64,000 bases of DNA. Source: Paraphysomonas bandaiensis. Its lineage: Eukaryota > Protista > Chrysophyceae. The position numbers were made by a program, and so were the translations under genes. Positions 1-13,035 of the stretch are shown piece after piece. Within the stretch, counting starts at the first letter, position 1; the number at the start of each line of letters is the position of its first letter. The stretch covers positions 1,007,164 through 1,071,163 of the forward strand of contig CBFFRP010000297.1 in assembly GCA_965644295.1 (NCBI GenBank), given 5' to 3'. Under the pieces are notes generated by a model. It saw only the letters and a list, made by a program, of their open reading frames with translations. It had not been told where the DNA came from and searched no databases.

Positions 1-440
1 ACAAGTTTCGAAAGTCATTGCTCTCAATTTTGGTTTCCTTTTCAGTGCAAAATCTAGATGCATTTTTATGGTATTCGTCGCGAGCCTATTGTTTTCATTT
101 AGCTTGTTTGGGAAGTTAATCGGGTGTGCTATGCTTGCAAACGCTGCCTTAAATGTGTATGTGATCGTCAAACATCCGACATTCGAGGATGCTCAGCGAC
201 AGAGTGCACAGAAAGACATATCTGACTTTTTAGCAGCTCATCCTGGCCTCGCCAAGCAAGCGATGGCAATGGGTGTTCAAGCTGGTAGCGACTTCGCAAG
301 GGAAAACCCAGGTGTGTGTTGTGTATTGCATGTAACCATTATATAATCTCCAAATTGTTTATATAGAAATGGCTAGACAAGGTGCTGAAACTGTAGTACG
401 TGAGAGCATGAATTCAAAAGGCACATATATCCAGGTTTAG
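1..440 (+). CDS. 3' part of a COPI-associated/TVP15-like Golgi membrane protein (spliced; intron ~312-367)
   Basis: Hydrophobic ORF with NFGFLFSAKSR..F..FV and NALNVYVIVKHP. GT donor at 312, AG at 367, last exon stops at TAG 438-440. The 5' end is outside the window. Confidence 0.6.
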
Positions 441-1945
441 TTATTTTCACTATATTAGAATTCGTGTTTGGCCGCATTAGTTGTGAATATATGAGGTGTC
501 AACTTGTGAGGATAATAAGCAATTAGCATTTCGTATCTGCTTCTTGTTGCATATAGTGCTTTATTTAGACAACTAGCCCACAGATTACCGATGGCTACCC
601 CCTTAATCACGATTCTGTTGAAGTAATTATTCAAGGAAAGTGTGGTACGATGTGGTGTTTATTTTAGTTTTTAAAGCGACAGAGGTCGTCATTCAAGTAT
701 TTTATTATCTAATCATGATTATGCTCGCATGTACTAGTTACGTCTTGAAGAATAATCCCCATATAGTAGATAGCAGAAAGGACTAACGGTCAAAGTAACC
801 AATGGGGCATTCAGCAATTTCGAAAATCGAAATATATGCAGATATACAGACATAGACCTTAAGTTCTCTCAATGCTGACTTTTTATTTCTCAATAATGCT
901 TGCTATGATGTGTATTGATCAAATCCGTTGTGTGAATTGTGAATATACCAGCGTAGGCTGTTTCGTAATAATACTAGCAAGTCACTTCTATAGAAATGTG
1001 GCATTCGTTATGTATGTCTTTTGTTAAAACATATACTGCCCCATTCCTAGAGTGTGCCGTGTTTATTGAACTAAGCAATGAATAGATTTTATTAAAATCC
1101 AGGTGCCAAAGCAAGCTCCAGCTACATCTGCACTATACTTGCATAGTCCATACATAATTACAAAACGTGGATGCTTTCTTTTTCAAAGTTATGATTTACA
1201 TATAGCAACTACGTCAGAGGTGACCGATTCTGTATTAGTATATAGTATATATCATATTCTTTGGTGCGACTGCAATGCAACTTCCCCAACTCGTTTTTTA
1301 ATAAACATCACAATCTCTAGTACTTATTAAATGGAACTCATTCATAGTATTCACAAGGATGGAGGATATATGCAAGATGCATAAGTGACTTCATAGTTCG
1401 ATTATCAGCTTAATATTTTAAGGAAGGGGTGGAATGATATCTGCAGTGATATTGCATGTAGATACCAAAAAAAACAGGCTTTGTCTAGAAAACCAAAGAT
1501 TTTTAAAATTTTACTTCATTTTTGTGTTCCAAAAACAGCAGTATTTTAGATATCTTTTCATAAAACACGAATTTTAAGACAATTATATAGGCCAATGAAA
1601 GTATGATATTAGTATTATGGCTATTTTAATTGGCTCAGTAATTGTCCAACACATCAACAGTGTTGCATAGCAGTGTTAGAGCAGCATTATATGCATATAT
1701 ATATATATATACAGTACATACATGATGATCTCATAGATTATAAGTATTCATCTGCTTTGAATTGATTCCATACTTATATCTATCTTATGTTTCTTGATGA
1801 GATATAATCAGGACATTCATTAAAGTGTTATGGGCTGTATATTAAGCTGTATTGACTGGTTATGTCCATCATCAGAGTATTTACTTATACCTGAAGGTTA
1901 AATACATGATTTCATTACATTTATTGTTTTAATTTCTTTGAACAG

Positions 1946-3295
1946 ATGCATCAGATAGAAAAGACATTGAGGTAGTTACTATAATAATAAGTTATTAGAT
2001 AATCTGCTTTACATATAGGCGTCTATACCCTCGAATGTACCTACTCCTCCTATGAGAAGTATACAATCCATAGTTTATGTTATAGTAGTAACGTGTTTTG
2101 TGCGTATAGAGGGTGGATATTATGATGATTATGTTATGGCCAACAAGCTAGGTGAAGGGTCGTTTTCCGTTGTTAAAATGGCATTCAATAAGGTCTTGTT
2201 GAGCCATTCCCAATGCTTTTTTAATGATAAATCAGCAAACTGGAGAATCTGCAGCAGTAAAGATTATAAATAAACGTCGTCTTGCGAAAGGACCTCAAAC
2301 TACTCTACTCTGGATGGAGATCAATATTCTACGTGACATGAACCATCCTAATATTGTCAAGTGAGCACCATACTTTGCATCATTATAAAGATTTACCGTG
2401 AGTCAACAGACTATATGACGTTTATGAGGAAGGACCGAGCTACCTCATCGTTACAGAACTGGTCCAAGGTGGTGAATTGTTCGATTGTATTGTACGTAGG
2501 ACGTACTACTCCGAGAGTAGTGCCCGGAAAATTATCACCCAAATTTTGGATGCGGTGGACTACCTTCATAACACCGTCGCAATTGTACACAGGTACTCTA
2601 CACATCTATATACTTAGAGATCTAAATTAAAATATTACGTGTGTAGGGATATTAAACCCGAGAACATTCTTATTACAACAGGTAAGGGTGTGGCTCGAAT
2701 GCACTAATCTCTATAGACCAGCTGTACATAACTCTAAATACCAACAGACTGTGAAAACGGTATTATAAAACTTGCGGACTTTGGTTTTGCAAAAAAAATT
2801 TCTGATCTAACAGAGTCGGAAGTAATGCTGGGAACACCAGCATATATTGCACCTGAGATTCTCAACGGCCGCCCGTATGGTCCTGAAGTTGACATATGGA
2901 GCCTAGGAGTAATATGCTACATACTTCTCAGCGGACAGCCACCGTTTCAGGATGAGGATGACATTGGGTTATATCATCAGATCGAATCTGGTGCGTATGA
3001 CTTTACACAGAGTGAGTGGTCAGCTGTATCACCCTCTGCAGTAAATTTTGTCATCTGCATGTTGACTGTAAGTCAGTCTAAACGGTACAAAATAGCTCAG
3101 CTGAAGCAGCACCATTGGATAACACAATCATCTGAGTATGAGTGTAGTTGCCGTGACATATGTCTGGATCACCTCAGGAGATACCATGCTCGCAAAAAGT
3201 TAAAAGGAGCTGTAAACCTAGTAATTGCAACTAACAGGTTGGGTAGGGGTAAAACGTATCAAACTTCTCCTAATACGAACGGTGGTCAGTCGTGA
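1946..3295 (+). CDS. Ca2+/calmodulin-dependent (CAMK1-like) Ser/Thr protein kinase, multi-exon
   Basis: Exons give LGEGSFSVVK, AVKII, HPNIV, ELVQGGELFD, H-R-DIKPEN, LADFGFAK, GTPAYIAPE, DIWSLGVI and a CaM-binding-like tail ARKKLKGAVNLVIA. Start codon uncertain. Confidence 0.9.
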
Positions 3296-3719
3296 GTGAG
3301 GTATAAGTAGGTATGATACTGACGAAGAATTTTATTGAAACTTCTAAACTTTGATTTATATAAATTGATGAAAGTGAATATATACACATCAGTCTTGTAA
3401 TAAATATGTTTTGATTTATACACATAGGAGTATTAAAAATAGGAGCATGTAATATATGATCTTTGTTTCGATTCTATATTCTCAGTCGGACTCTCCTGTA
3501 TATATATATTGAAAGTCTTATTATTAGCAATAGGCGTTAAAAGCCTGCACCGATGCATTTCGTAGCTAGATGAATGCTAGACAAACTAGTTAGACCTCTA
3601 CCTGTAACTAATCAGTACATCAGTACACACTTTTTTTATCCAACTATTTAACGCTACGGATGCTGCTTGTGCGTCGCCGCAAGCACCAAGGTACGACCAT
3701 TTCCGCTCTGAGTTCTTAA

Positions 3720-3970
3720 GGTGAACATCCCGGATGCTTGACTTCAGCAGGTTACCCTTCAGGTGGGCCCTGTCCCGGATGCCCTTGAGGAGGGCTCATT
3801 CCCGGATGCCTGTTTATTCGTCAGGGCCCAAAGACGTCTACACAAGTGACACTTATTGGTGTCCCTTGTTCCATACAAGCATTCGGCTATGAGTGGGCAA
3901 AAGAATATCTGCTGACTATGTTTGCGGCTCACGTTAGTTTCCTAGAGAGAGTCTCTCCGGTACTTATCCC
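3720..3970 (+). repeat. Dispersed repeat, copy 1 (inverted homologue at ~25970-26350)
   Basis: GGTGAACATCCCGGATGCTTGACTTCAGCA and downstream blocks (CAAGACGTCTA, GGCTATGAGTGGGCA, ATATCTGCTGACTA) match the reverse complement of 25970-26350. Confidence 0.75.
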
Positions 3971-4627
3971 CCAGAACACCACGAAATGGTGCGAGACCTA
4001 AAAACCTGATGTTGTCAAGGTGAGAGAAGATGGAAGATGCTATAGTAAATGTACAACTAGTAAATGTTAACTTGATAGCTCGTGTTTAGGTATTTCACTC
4101 CAAGAAATACTCTTGTTGAGTATAGATGGCAAGTCAAAAAGTGCTTTACAGATCAAACACATTTCCTTAAAGTCAAATAGTCCAACAATAATAAAATGAC
4201 ATATGAGATATATACACAACAAACATGTTCTTACCGGATACTCCTTCGCTCATGTCTCTGTTGTCTATAATATGAGTATGAGTGTATTAATGAGTAACTG
4301 ACTCTGACAAAGACAACAAACACTCCATAAGAACATATCATGCATATCAACCATTATAATTCATGCATGATCTTGATCTCTGCTGCATATGATTATTATC
4401 CGTATGGGCAGTCAGCATCTCATTTTTCGGAAATAAATTGAAGTAAATATACTCTATATTACTGCTATACAACTACGTCTAGAATACAGATAATTGTTGC
4501 CTCAATAACAGAGGTATCTTGGAACAAAAATACACAAAGGATGCCGATACGTCAGCCATATCTAGATATGCAGACAGCCACATCAGTGTACACTATAATG
4601 TATGGACATATAAAGTAAATACCGCAG

Positions 4628-4755
4628 TTTATTTCATAAAAAGTCATCGTTTTTTCAGTGAAAAGTGAAAAAAAGTGACTTTTCGATGAAAAAACGATGA
4701 CTTTTCAATAAAATAATAAACAAATCAATAAAATCGACATGCACAACACTTCCTG
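4628..4755 (+). repeat. Short palindromic MITE-like repeat, copy 1
   Basis: AAAAGTCATCG...CGATGACTTTT inverted arms followed by AACAAATCAATAAAATCGAYATGCAC, shared with 16907-17028. Confidence 0.7.
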
Positions 4756-5007
4756 TGTATGTAGCATACAATATGTTAGGCAAAAAATCACCCTTTTTTG
4801 TAGATCAAAAAACAGCATACAACTAAAAATCCTGAAGTTTTTGCATATTCTTACAAATAGAATTCTTAGAAAAAATTATTTCCAGGAATCCTAAAATTGG
4901 ATTCATGTGATGATCATTCTGCATATACACAATGCAGACTTATCCATACATCAGAAGATACATTCCATATCACAAACACAGTGCAGACAAGTTCTAAAAA
5001 CAATATA

Positions 5008-6126
5008 ATGGCCGTCAATATGAAAACTCCTAATGGCAATGACATTGACAAGTATGACGAAGAGCTAAGACACTTTCGAGCGTCTTATCTCTATCCGTAT
5101 ACAGTTGACTATAAGACACTAGGGAGAGAGTCTTTCATTCAGCACGCAGCGATGCAGTCTGGAATAGCAGCTGGAAGTAAAGAATATGCTATTTACAGAG
5201 CACTCTCCTCCTTTGTGACTAAGTTCTGTTCCTGCCTTTTACACGGTGCCACCATGCAAGCAAAGAGTGATGATCCGAATGTAAGAGAGAAAAAATTTAA
5301 TGAGTTATTCACAACTAGTTTTGTGGTTGGTACCGCTCCTACCCTATTTGCCGAGTTGCTTGCCCATTTTGGATTGGAGCACGCGGTTGAGAGTTGTGTT
5401 GCTTATTTCACTTCCGCGTGTGCGAATGGTCCTCATGCTCATATATTCAATATGTCCTGCAAAGTATTTGCTGATACATGTTTAGCTGGCACCGTGGGTG
5501 TTACTACTACTCTCCTCTCCTTTATAATGCAGACACTGGTGCAGTATCTTCGCAAAGAAAGCATTACAATTGGGGACAACATAGTCACTGGATTGCTACT
5601 TGGGGTGTCTGCTGGAATTTGTACCTTTCTAATAAAAGGTTTTTTGGGTGTATTCGTAGGGGGGCTGATGGCTCAGGCGATAACAGATTTGCGATTGCGT
5701 GCTCAAAGATCTGATAAAAGCGTACTTAGTTTTATGGGAAACACCATTTATTATGTAAGAGAATATTGTACATTCTTCCGTATAAAATGAGTCATACTAA
5801 TGATGTAGGCTGTACGTTATTATCCAAACACACTCGTTGGATTATTTTACTCCCCCCTTCCGAACCGGAAATATGACTACGACGGGCCTTTCTCTGATCT
5901 GATGGCGTGTGGTATATGTTTTGAGCTCATGTATGATGCATCTCGTCTCAATGGTCATTGCTACTGTAAGCGCTGTATTTTGCGACGAGTGAGAGATACA
6001 GGTCGCGACTGCAGCAATATTCCCACAACGGAGGACGATATTATTCCAGCAGCGGAATTGAATGCTATCATCAAGACGTTTGCAACGGAGAATAATATCT
6101 CCACTGTTTTGATTGAGGACGTTTAA
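5008..6126 (+). CDS. Membrane-associated protein with C-terminal degenerate RING/U-box-like domain (intron 5755-5808)
   Basis: ATG at 5008 and Gly-rich hydrophobic helices. A GTAAG..TAG intron joins in frame to CGICFELMYDASRLNGHCYCKRCI. Confidence 0.7.
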
Positions 6127-7545
6127 TCGCCCAGCAATGAAACTCTTGAGGACTTAAGCCTGGTCTATGAGAGCGCTTAAATTTGAGTAATTCTAATATT
6201 TAATATTTAATGATGTGATGAAACAAATTATATTTATACTTGCACAAGCTATTTCCATGACTACTCGGCGGGAAATAACTATATAGTAATGTTGACAATT
6301 TATAAGTGTGCTCCATTTCTATTACGTAGCTAGTGTTTGTGTTGAATATTACTTTAGCACACGGTAAGAATTTCTCCCTTCTTTTATCATCATCACATTT
6401 ATGTAGAAAAATCAACACCTCGTCATATGCTATTCCTTCAGCATCCTTCTGTGGTAGGGGTACATTGGTTGTAGCTACTGTATGGAAATTCGGGGATATA
6501 TAGGTTTGAGTTGACCTAACATAAGGGATGTAAGTTTATATTGTTATTCCCTTATGTACGTTGATTTTTATTTTGTTTTACTAGTGTTAATTGTTGAAGA
6601 CTTATTTCCTCTTACAGAAAGCACGATACATATTATAGCTATGCCTGCTAGATATTAGTATTTCAAAATTATGCAGATATAACTAGGTAGTAGTTTTTTT
6701 GCACTCTATACATTCGTATGGTATATGCTCCATGTGTATAAAAGTCATAGTGTCTCCATATAACTTATAACTTATAACTTATATATGACAATATAGAATG
6801 GTAGCAGTAGATATGACATAAATTTTTAAATGACAATGAATGATGACCGATGTTGATCACAATTTAGTAGAGATTATACTTCGGGTGATTGAGCCTCGCC
6901 ATATCATGACTAACATTGACGGTCTTATCATTCCTGTTCATGTGCACAGATGATGTAGAGTAGGAGATAGTCTTTTTACAACACCCAACACTACACTTAA
7001 CTCTTCTTACTCTTAAACTCTCAACTCTTAACTTTGCTACTTCTATCTTCTCAACTTCTGCTATATCTAAAAATCTACCTATATATCTCCGAATATCTAA
7101 TTCTAGAAGCGCCATAAATAGCTAGTTTTCTACTTCCAGAAATAATCATGTAGAATATCCGTACTTCTATATCACCCTACAGAATACCTACGTATACCAT
7201 CAATACTGTACTGTTTACCGTAAGCGTCCGTTACGTACTTATGTACACTCCAACTCTATATCTGACGTTAATACTCGTATCTTCGTATCCTCTAATCTAC
7301 ATCTCATAACTACCATCTAGATCTATCTCTTCTCATAGGACAACCTACATTACTTCTTCCTTATTCTTGTGCCATAACAAACCTCCTAAATCACCCATAC
7401 TTGTCATATTGACAATTGACCATTTTCAGATGATTAAGATCGTTGTAAGAGAAGTTTAATTTAGTCAAACTAGATGGATTACTTTATTAGAATTGTATAC
7501 ACAATTGTGTGTGTTGTCATGTAACACATGTCAACAACATGATAA

Positions 7546-7852
7546 TATTGAACTACAACCAACTCCTACGTGCGTACTTGAAGTTTGGTAAAGTCAATCG
7601 CTAGTAGTTATCCTGTATTCTATGTAGCAATGAAATACAGAATATACATGACTACAGTATAGGAGTAGCTATTACAAGTATACAAAGAAACTGAAAATAT
7701 AGTAGCTGTTAAAGATATGATTTGTAGAACAGAATGTTGATGTTGGTAAATGACGTGGTTCCTAACTCACAGGGCTACAACATCATAAACTTACTATATC
7801 TCCTATAATATCAATCAGTCAATATTGCACTAACTAAAAGCGTAAATTAATA
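7546..7852 (+). repeat. Copia 5' LTR (TATT...AATA termini)
   Basis: No mismatch seen by eye against 12419-12725. Confidence 0.95.
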
Positions 7853-9501
7853 TGGCAGCGGATGGAAATTTCACGAATGTCGCCTCAGGCTCAAAGGTAC
7901 CTCCCTTCGAGGAACTGAACTTCAAGAAATTCAAGAAGTTCTTCACCTCATTCCTCATGAGACACAATCGAGCTCATCTTGTCCTCTCAAAGGATAAACC
8001 AAGGCACATTCATGATCTAGACTCTACAGTCCCAGCGGGAGCTCATATGACTGATGCACAGAAGAAGCGACTACGCAAAGCGAAGAAACTCTGGAACACC
8101 CGGAACGAGACCGCGTACTCCTTCCTGATGGAAGTGTGCAATGCTCACCCAAAAGCAGGCACAACAGCGGCTCTCTACGAAGGAAGTACAGCAAAAGGGT
8201 TACTACAGGCACTGGAAGAGAGATTTCTCAATGTTGAAAAGAATACAGTACAGGCAGAGGTCACAAAGTTCAATTCAATGAAGATTACCTCAAGTCAGTC
8301 AGGAGCAGAGTTCGTCGACAGCGTTGAAGCCCAGGCCAAGATTCTCGAGAATCTAGGTCGTGAAGTCACGGAAGACGACAAGCTCACTCGACTAAAGGAA
8401 GGTCTCACAGACAAGAGATATTCCCAACTAGCACACAGCCTGTATACAGCAAACGATGTGACATACGCAAGAGCAAGCAGCCTAATCAAAGGGTATGAAA
8501 ACACATCATTCGGCAAGCATGCGTTGCAAAATTCAGGGGAAGACAGTGTCAATCAAGCAGTGGATGACAGTAAATGGAAAGAGCACAAGAGAAAGGGCAG
8601 ATGCAATAAGTGCAAGAAACTTGGCCACTTTGCTAGGGAGTGCAAGACTCCAGAGCATGTCATAAAGAGGATGAAGGGGACAAGATCACAGAGAAAAGAT
8701 AGAGATCACAGAAACAGGGGTGATAACAAAACAAAGCTACCTGTGTGTGAGATATGTGACATCCCAGGCCATCAGACTAAAGACTGCTTCCACTTGAAGA
8801 CTGCTAAAGCTGCAGTGGTCAGTTCTAAACGGGGGCGAGACTCTAGAAGGGAAACGGCACCCTACAAGAACAAGAAGAAACCGCGAGTGTCTGTACATGA
8901 TTCAGAAGATGAAGCGGGATACGAATCGATGATATGTGTGGAAGAAGAGGTGAATCTAGCACAGAGCATGTCAGATGTTATTTATTTAGACAGCGGGTGC
9001 AACAAGATGATCCTTACCTCCAAAAACCACATGACCAACCTTCAGCGCGCTGATAGGCAGATGTCCACAGCGAACAAAGGTAAACTGTCAATACACAGTG
9101 TTGGCGATGTAGGAAGCTTTAAAAAGGTGTACTACGCACCTGAAGCAAGTAAGAACCTCGTAGATATGAAGAGCATCACAGATAGGGGTTGTGTTGTGAC
9201 GTTCGATAATGATGAAGTCGTCATTCGAAATAAGACTACGAACAAGACACTCATTAGACAGAGAAGTGTTAATGGATTATATCCAGTTCGACTCGAAGAC
9301 TTACTTCAGCTTGGAGAAGAATCCTCAGCAGCACTTGAGGAGCAGGGGTTTGATGACCAGCGAATTCTATGGCACAAAAGACTTGGCCATGTCAACTATG
9401 ATAAACTGACTGAGTCCGACCGCCGAGGCCTAGTTGATGGAATAAATCTGGACAAGAAATATTTCAGAAAAAAAACACAAAAAAACGATATGCAAATGTA
9501 A
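7852..9501 (+). CDS. gag: Copia gag-protease-(pre-integrase) part of the polyprotein
   Basis: Two zinc knuckles (CNKCKKLGHFAREC, CEICDIPGHQTKDC), protease YLDSGC, LWHKRLGH. Frame breaks in the A runs at ~9468-9485. Confidence 0.93.
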   Translation: MAADGNFTNVASGSKVPPFEELNFKKFKKFFTSFLMRHNRAHLVLSKDKPRHIHDLDSTVPAGAHMTDAQKKRLRKAKKLWNTRNETAYSFLMEVCNAHPKAGTTAALYEGSTAKGLLQALEERFLNVEKNTVQAEVTKFNSMKITSSQSGAEFVDSVEAQAKILENLGREVTEDDKLTRLKEGLTDKRYSQLAHSLYTANDVTYARASSLIKGYENTSFGKHALQNSGEDSVNQAVDDSKWKEHKRKGRCNKCKKLGHFARECKTPEHVIKRMKGTRSQRKDRDHRNRGDNKTKLPVCEICDIPGHQTKDCFHLKTAKAAVVSSKRGRDSRRETAPYKNKKKPRVSVHDSEDEAGYESMICVEEEVNLAQSMSDVIYLDSGCNKMILTSKNHMTNLQRADRQMSTANKGKLSIHSVGDVGSFKKVYYAPEASKNLVDMKSITDRGCVVTFDNDEVVIRNKTTNKTLIRQRSVNGLYPVRLEDLLQLGEESSAALEEQGFDDQRILWHKRLGHVNYDKLTESDRRGLVDGINLDKKYFRKKTQKNDMQM

Positions 9502-9508
9502 TACCTGC

Positions 9509-12370
9509 ATGCGATCGAAACTCACGAGAAAGAACTTCAGGACTCCACGCCAGTTGATGAACTTAGACAACAACCCAAAGGAGAGAGGGGTGCTCAGTGC
9601 AGATACGATGGAAGTCCTAAACACGCCATCGATGGAAGGCTACAAACATGTGTTACTATTCAAGCACAGTGATGCAAAACATGTATGGGCTTATGGGTTG
9701 AAAAACAAGACTGGGAGTGAAGTGTTAAAGTGTATGAAGGACATGGTAGAGACCCAACTTGTCAAAGAAGGATTGCAACTACGACGATATCATGCAGATG
9801 GCGCAGGAGAACTAGTAGGGCAACATGTCAGGCAGTACTTACGTGAAACCACCAGCACAAGGACTGTACAGGTTACTTGGACTCCACGTGACACACCCGA
9901 AATGAATTCGCTATCGGAACGCACTAATCGTACAGTGAAGGAGATGGCCCTTGCTATATTGCTCGATAGTGGCATGCCATCAGTATTTTGGTTCAAAGCA
10001 GTCTTGCATGCTGTATATCTGATCAACAGGTTACCTACGAAGACAACGAAAGGATACATCTCACCTTTTGAGTATATTACTGGAACCGCACCAGATGTGA
10101 GTGACTTGAAGATCTGGGGCTGCAAGGCATGGGCTATTGTGCCGAAGGAGCAGCGCCGCAAAGAGTGGAAAGAAAAGGGAAAACCTGGATACTATATGGG
10201 ACAATGTCAACAACCTGTTGGACACCAAATATATATTCCAGACCTGAATGCTATTATTGTTGCAGTCAATGCACAGTTTGATGAGTCAATTCCAGAGCGT
10301 TCACAGGAGTATTTCGACGAAATAGATAATCTACAAATCGACACCTCAGAAACAGCAGAGAGTGTAAATGACTATCAGTACCTGGTGGGCCTCAGACATC
10401 TTGATGGACACCTGTGTTATGTTACCACCAGAGTGATAGAGAGAAGAGGAGTCATTGTTGCATATAGGAGATTAGATATGAAAGGAAATACTACCGAGGA
10501 GCAAACTCCAATTCATATCAAAGATGTAGTAAAGATGACTCACTCTACAAAGTGTCAGACCGACAAGTTTAATAGTTTGCGAAATGAGTTGGATCAGACT
10601 TGTAATGACAGTGACAATGAACAGAGGACTCCTGACCGCTCAAATCGGGGCGCATCTTCAACAGGTGGGGCAGATCGAAATCCCAGAACTGAAAAACGAC
10701 CTCGAAAAAAACGGCACATTGTTAACGTTGGTGTCCTCGGCGATGTCTCATTGTTTCTTGATTCCTCCAACAGCACAATTAAAGAGCCACAGACGCTGGC
10801 AGAAGCAAAGAAGACTCCACAGAGAACATACTGGATTGAAGCTACCAGGAAGGAGGTGCACAAGCTTGAACGAAGGACATGCTGGAAGATTGTCCGAAGG
10901 CCGAAACACCGAAAAATCATAAAATCTAAATTGGTCTTTAAAGTAAAGCGCGACCATCTTGGAAAAATTAAGAAGTTCAAAGTTCGACTTGTGGCGAAAG
11001 GGTTTACTCAAGAACAAGGAGTCGACTATAATGAGACATTCTCCCCAGTAGCTAAAGGTGTATCATTTAGGCTAGCACTAGCACTGGCTCTGCGATACAA
11101 TCTGCAACTCCGTCAACTCGATGTAGAAACGGCATTTCCGTATGCAGATCTGGACGAAGACGTGTTTATGTCTCCACCTGCAGGAATAGATATTCCACAA
11201 GGCTGTTGTTTGAAGATTCTGAAGAGTTTGTATGGCCTAAAACAAGCGCCTCGAAATTGGCATTCAATGCTGAAGGACAGTATAAAGGCGATGGGGTATA
11301 AACAATGTGTTCTTGACCCATGTTTATTTGTACTCAAGGGTACTGATGATAACCTACATATGATACTTGTGTATGTAGATGATATCATTGTGCTCAGCTC
11401 TGACAGCCGTCATATTGAAGAAGTCATCAGCGCCTTTAAGACTCAATATGCCATGCAAGATATGGGGGACCTTAAGCATTATTTAGGTCTTACCATTGAG
11501 CGTCATAATGGCCAGATTAAGTTACATCAGTCTGCATATGCTAAAGATGTTGTGGCCAGATTCAATCACTTGTTGTCAGAAAAGAAGAGACGGTGCAAGG
11601 CAACCACACCTCTACCACCTGGCCTAAAGTTGTCCAAGGATGCAAAAGAGGAAGAAACTCGAAAACAGAGAGAATACGTTGATGCATTTCCCTATCAATC
11701 TGTTATTGGTGCCTTAATGTATTTGGCAGTGCATACTAGACCAGACATGGCATATACAGTAAATCTTCTCTCCCGGTTCACCACAAGACCCACGTACGCT
11801 GCATGTCAAGCTGCTCTGCATACTTTATTGTATTTAGAAAATACAGTTGATCAAGGTATCATATTTCCTAATTTCACAGATGAAGACCCTCTATGTGTGT
11901 ACTCTGATGCAGATTGGGCCGGAGATCTGGATACATGCAGATCCACTACAGGGTATATCGTATATCTGTGGGGTGCTCCAATTGCATGGCAGTCCAGACT
12001 GCAGCCAACAGTGGCTACGTCGACTATGGAAGCTGAATATATGGCTGCATATGCTGCAATTCAGGAGATTGTATGGATACGAGGGGTGATGACAGAGCTC
12101 GGAATTCGTGGATTTGAGCTCAGTAAGAATGCGTCTCCAACAATCTTGAATATGGACAGCAAGAGTGCGATTGATCTAGCTCAGAACCCGGTAAATCATA
12201 AACGTTCCAAGCATATTCGGATCAAGTATCATTGGATTCGAGAGCAAGTGGGAGGCTGTATCGTCAGGCTGAATCATGTGCCAACGGCAGAGATGACAGC
12301 AGACGTGATGACTAAAGCCTTGTCCGAGAAGCTGCACTATCAGCATGTGCACACTATGGTATCGCACTAA
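9509..12370 (+). CDS. pol: Copia integrase-reverse transcriptase-RNase H
   Basis: SADT/HADGAGE/SERTNR integrase triad, RT motifs QLDVETAF, LYGLKQAP and YVDD, RNase H YSDADWAG and KHIRIKYH. The upstream CKCNTC in this frame completes the IN zinc finger. Confidence 0.96.
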   Translation: MRSKLTRKNFRTPRQLMNLDNNPKERGVLSADTMEVLNTPSMEGYKHVLLFKHSDAKHVWAYGLKNKTGSEVLKCMKDMVETQLVKEGLQLRRYHADGAGELVGQHVRQYLRETTSTRTVQVTWTPRDTPEMNSLSERTNRTVKEMALAILLDSGMPSVFWFKAVLHAVYLINRLPTKTTKGYISPFEYITGTAPDVSDLKIWGCKAWAIVPKEQRRKEWKEKGKPGYYMGQCQQPVGHQIYIPDLNAIIVAVNAQFDESIPERSQEYFDEIDNLQIDTSETAESVNDYQYLVGLRHLDGHLCYVTTRVIERRGVIVAYRRLDMKGNTTEEQTPIHIKDVVKMTHSTKCQTDKFNSLRNELDQTCNDSDNEQRTPDRSNRGASSTGGADRNPRTEKRPRKKRHIVNVGVLGDVSLFLDSSNSTIKEPQTLAEAKKTPQRTYWIEATRKEVHKLERRTCWKIVRRPKHRKIIKSKLVFKVKRDHLGKIKKFKVRLVAKGFTQEQGVDYNETFSPVAKGVSFRLALALALRYNLQLRQLDVETAFPYADLDEDVFMSPPAGIDIPQGCCLKILKSLYGLKQAPRNWHSMLKDSIKAMGYKQCVLDPCLFVLKGTDDNLHMILVYVDDIIVLSSDSRHIEEVISAFKTQYAMQDMGDLKHYLGLTIERHNGQIKLHQSAYAKDVVARFNHLLSEKKRRCKATTPLPPGLKLSKDAKEEETRKQREYVDAFPYQSVIGALMYLAVHTRPDMAYTVNLLSRFTTRPTYAACQAALHTLLYLENTVDQGIIFPNFTDEDPLCVYSDADWAGDLDTCRSTTGYIVYLWGAPIAWQSRLQPTVATSTMEAEYMAAYAAIQEIVWIRGVMTELGIRGFELSKNASPTILNMDSKSAIDLAQNPVNHKRSKHIRIKYHWIREQVGGCIVRLNHVPTAEMTADVMTKALSEKLHYQHVHTMVSH

Positions 12371-12418
12371 GTAGACTTGCTCATCACAGTATATTCTGAT
12401 ATGTTCATTGAGTGGGAG

Positions 12419-12725
12419 TATTGAACTACAACCAACTCCTACGTGCGTACTTGAAGTTTGGTAAAGTCAATCGCTAGTAGTTATCCTGTATTCTATGTAG
12501 CAATGAAATACAGAATATACATGACTACAGTATAGGAGTAGCTATTACAAGTATACAAAGAAACTGAAAATATAGTAGCTGTTAAAGATATGATTTGTAG
12601 AACAGAATGTTGATGTTGGTAAATGACGTGGTTCCTAACTCACAGGGCTACAACATCATAAACTTACTATATCTCCTATAATATCAATCAGTCAATATTG
12701 CACTAACTAAAAGCGTAAATTAATA
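12419..12725 (+). repeat. Copia 3' LTR
   Basis: Copy of 7546-7852, preceded by the PPT and followed by TSD GATAA. Confidence 0.95.
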
Positions 12726-13035
12726 GATAAACTATTTCGTTCATGTCAACCACTGATCAACTTCCGTATCTTGAATCGTCATGATATAATACTTCAGTTT
12801 CACAGTTATAGCTATATAGCACCTTTGACTATTGACTACGTATTACTGTTTTTCACATTGTATTTAACGTATTCTACAGTACTATCTTAGAGAACCATAC
12901 GTATTCCAACATGTCATACCCAATTTTGCTACAAATATGTTCCCTAGCTCTACGTTATATCGAAATCTATATTGTGGTAGATATATACATCGTCGGTATA
13001 TATATTCATATAGAGTTGTTATAAATCATACTTTA

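Larger units (their letters stand above)
7546..12725 (+). mobile_element. Full-length Ty1/copia LTR retrotransposon
   Basis: 307-bp direct repeats at 7546-7852 and 12419-12725, 5-bp TSD GATAA (7541-7545 and 12726-12730), PPT GAGTGGGAG at 12410-12418, domain order gag-PR-IN-RT-RH. Confidence 0.97.

Noticed and set aside
6864-7360. ORF 6864-7115 and the pyrimidine-rich tract
   Set aside because: Low complexity with no recognisable motif; cannot be supported as a gene.
9501-9509. Programmed gag-pol frameshift in copia
   Set aside because: The break falls inside the integrase zinc-binding region, after the protease, in A homopolymers; a mutation or sequencing error is more likely.
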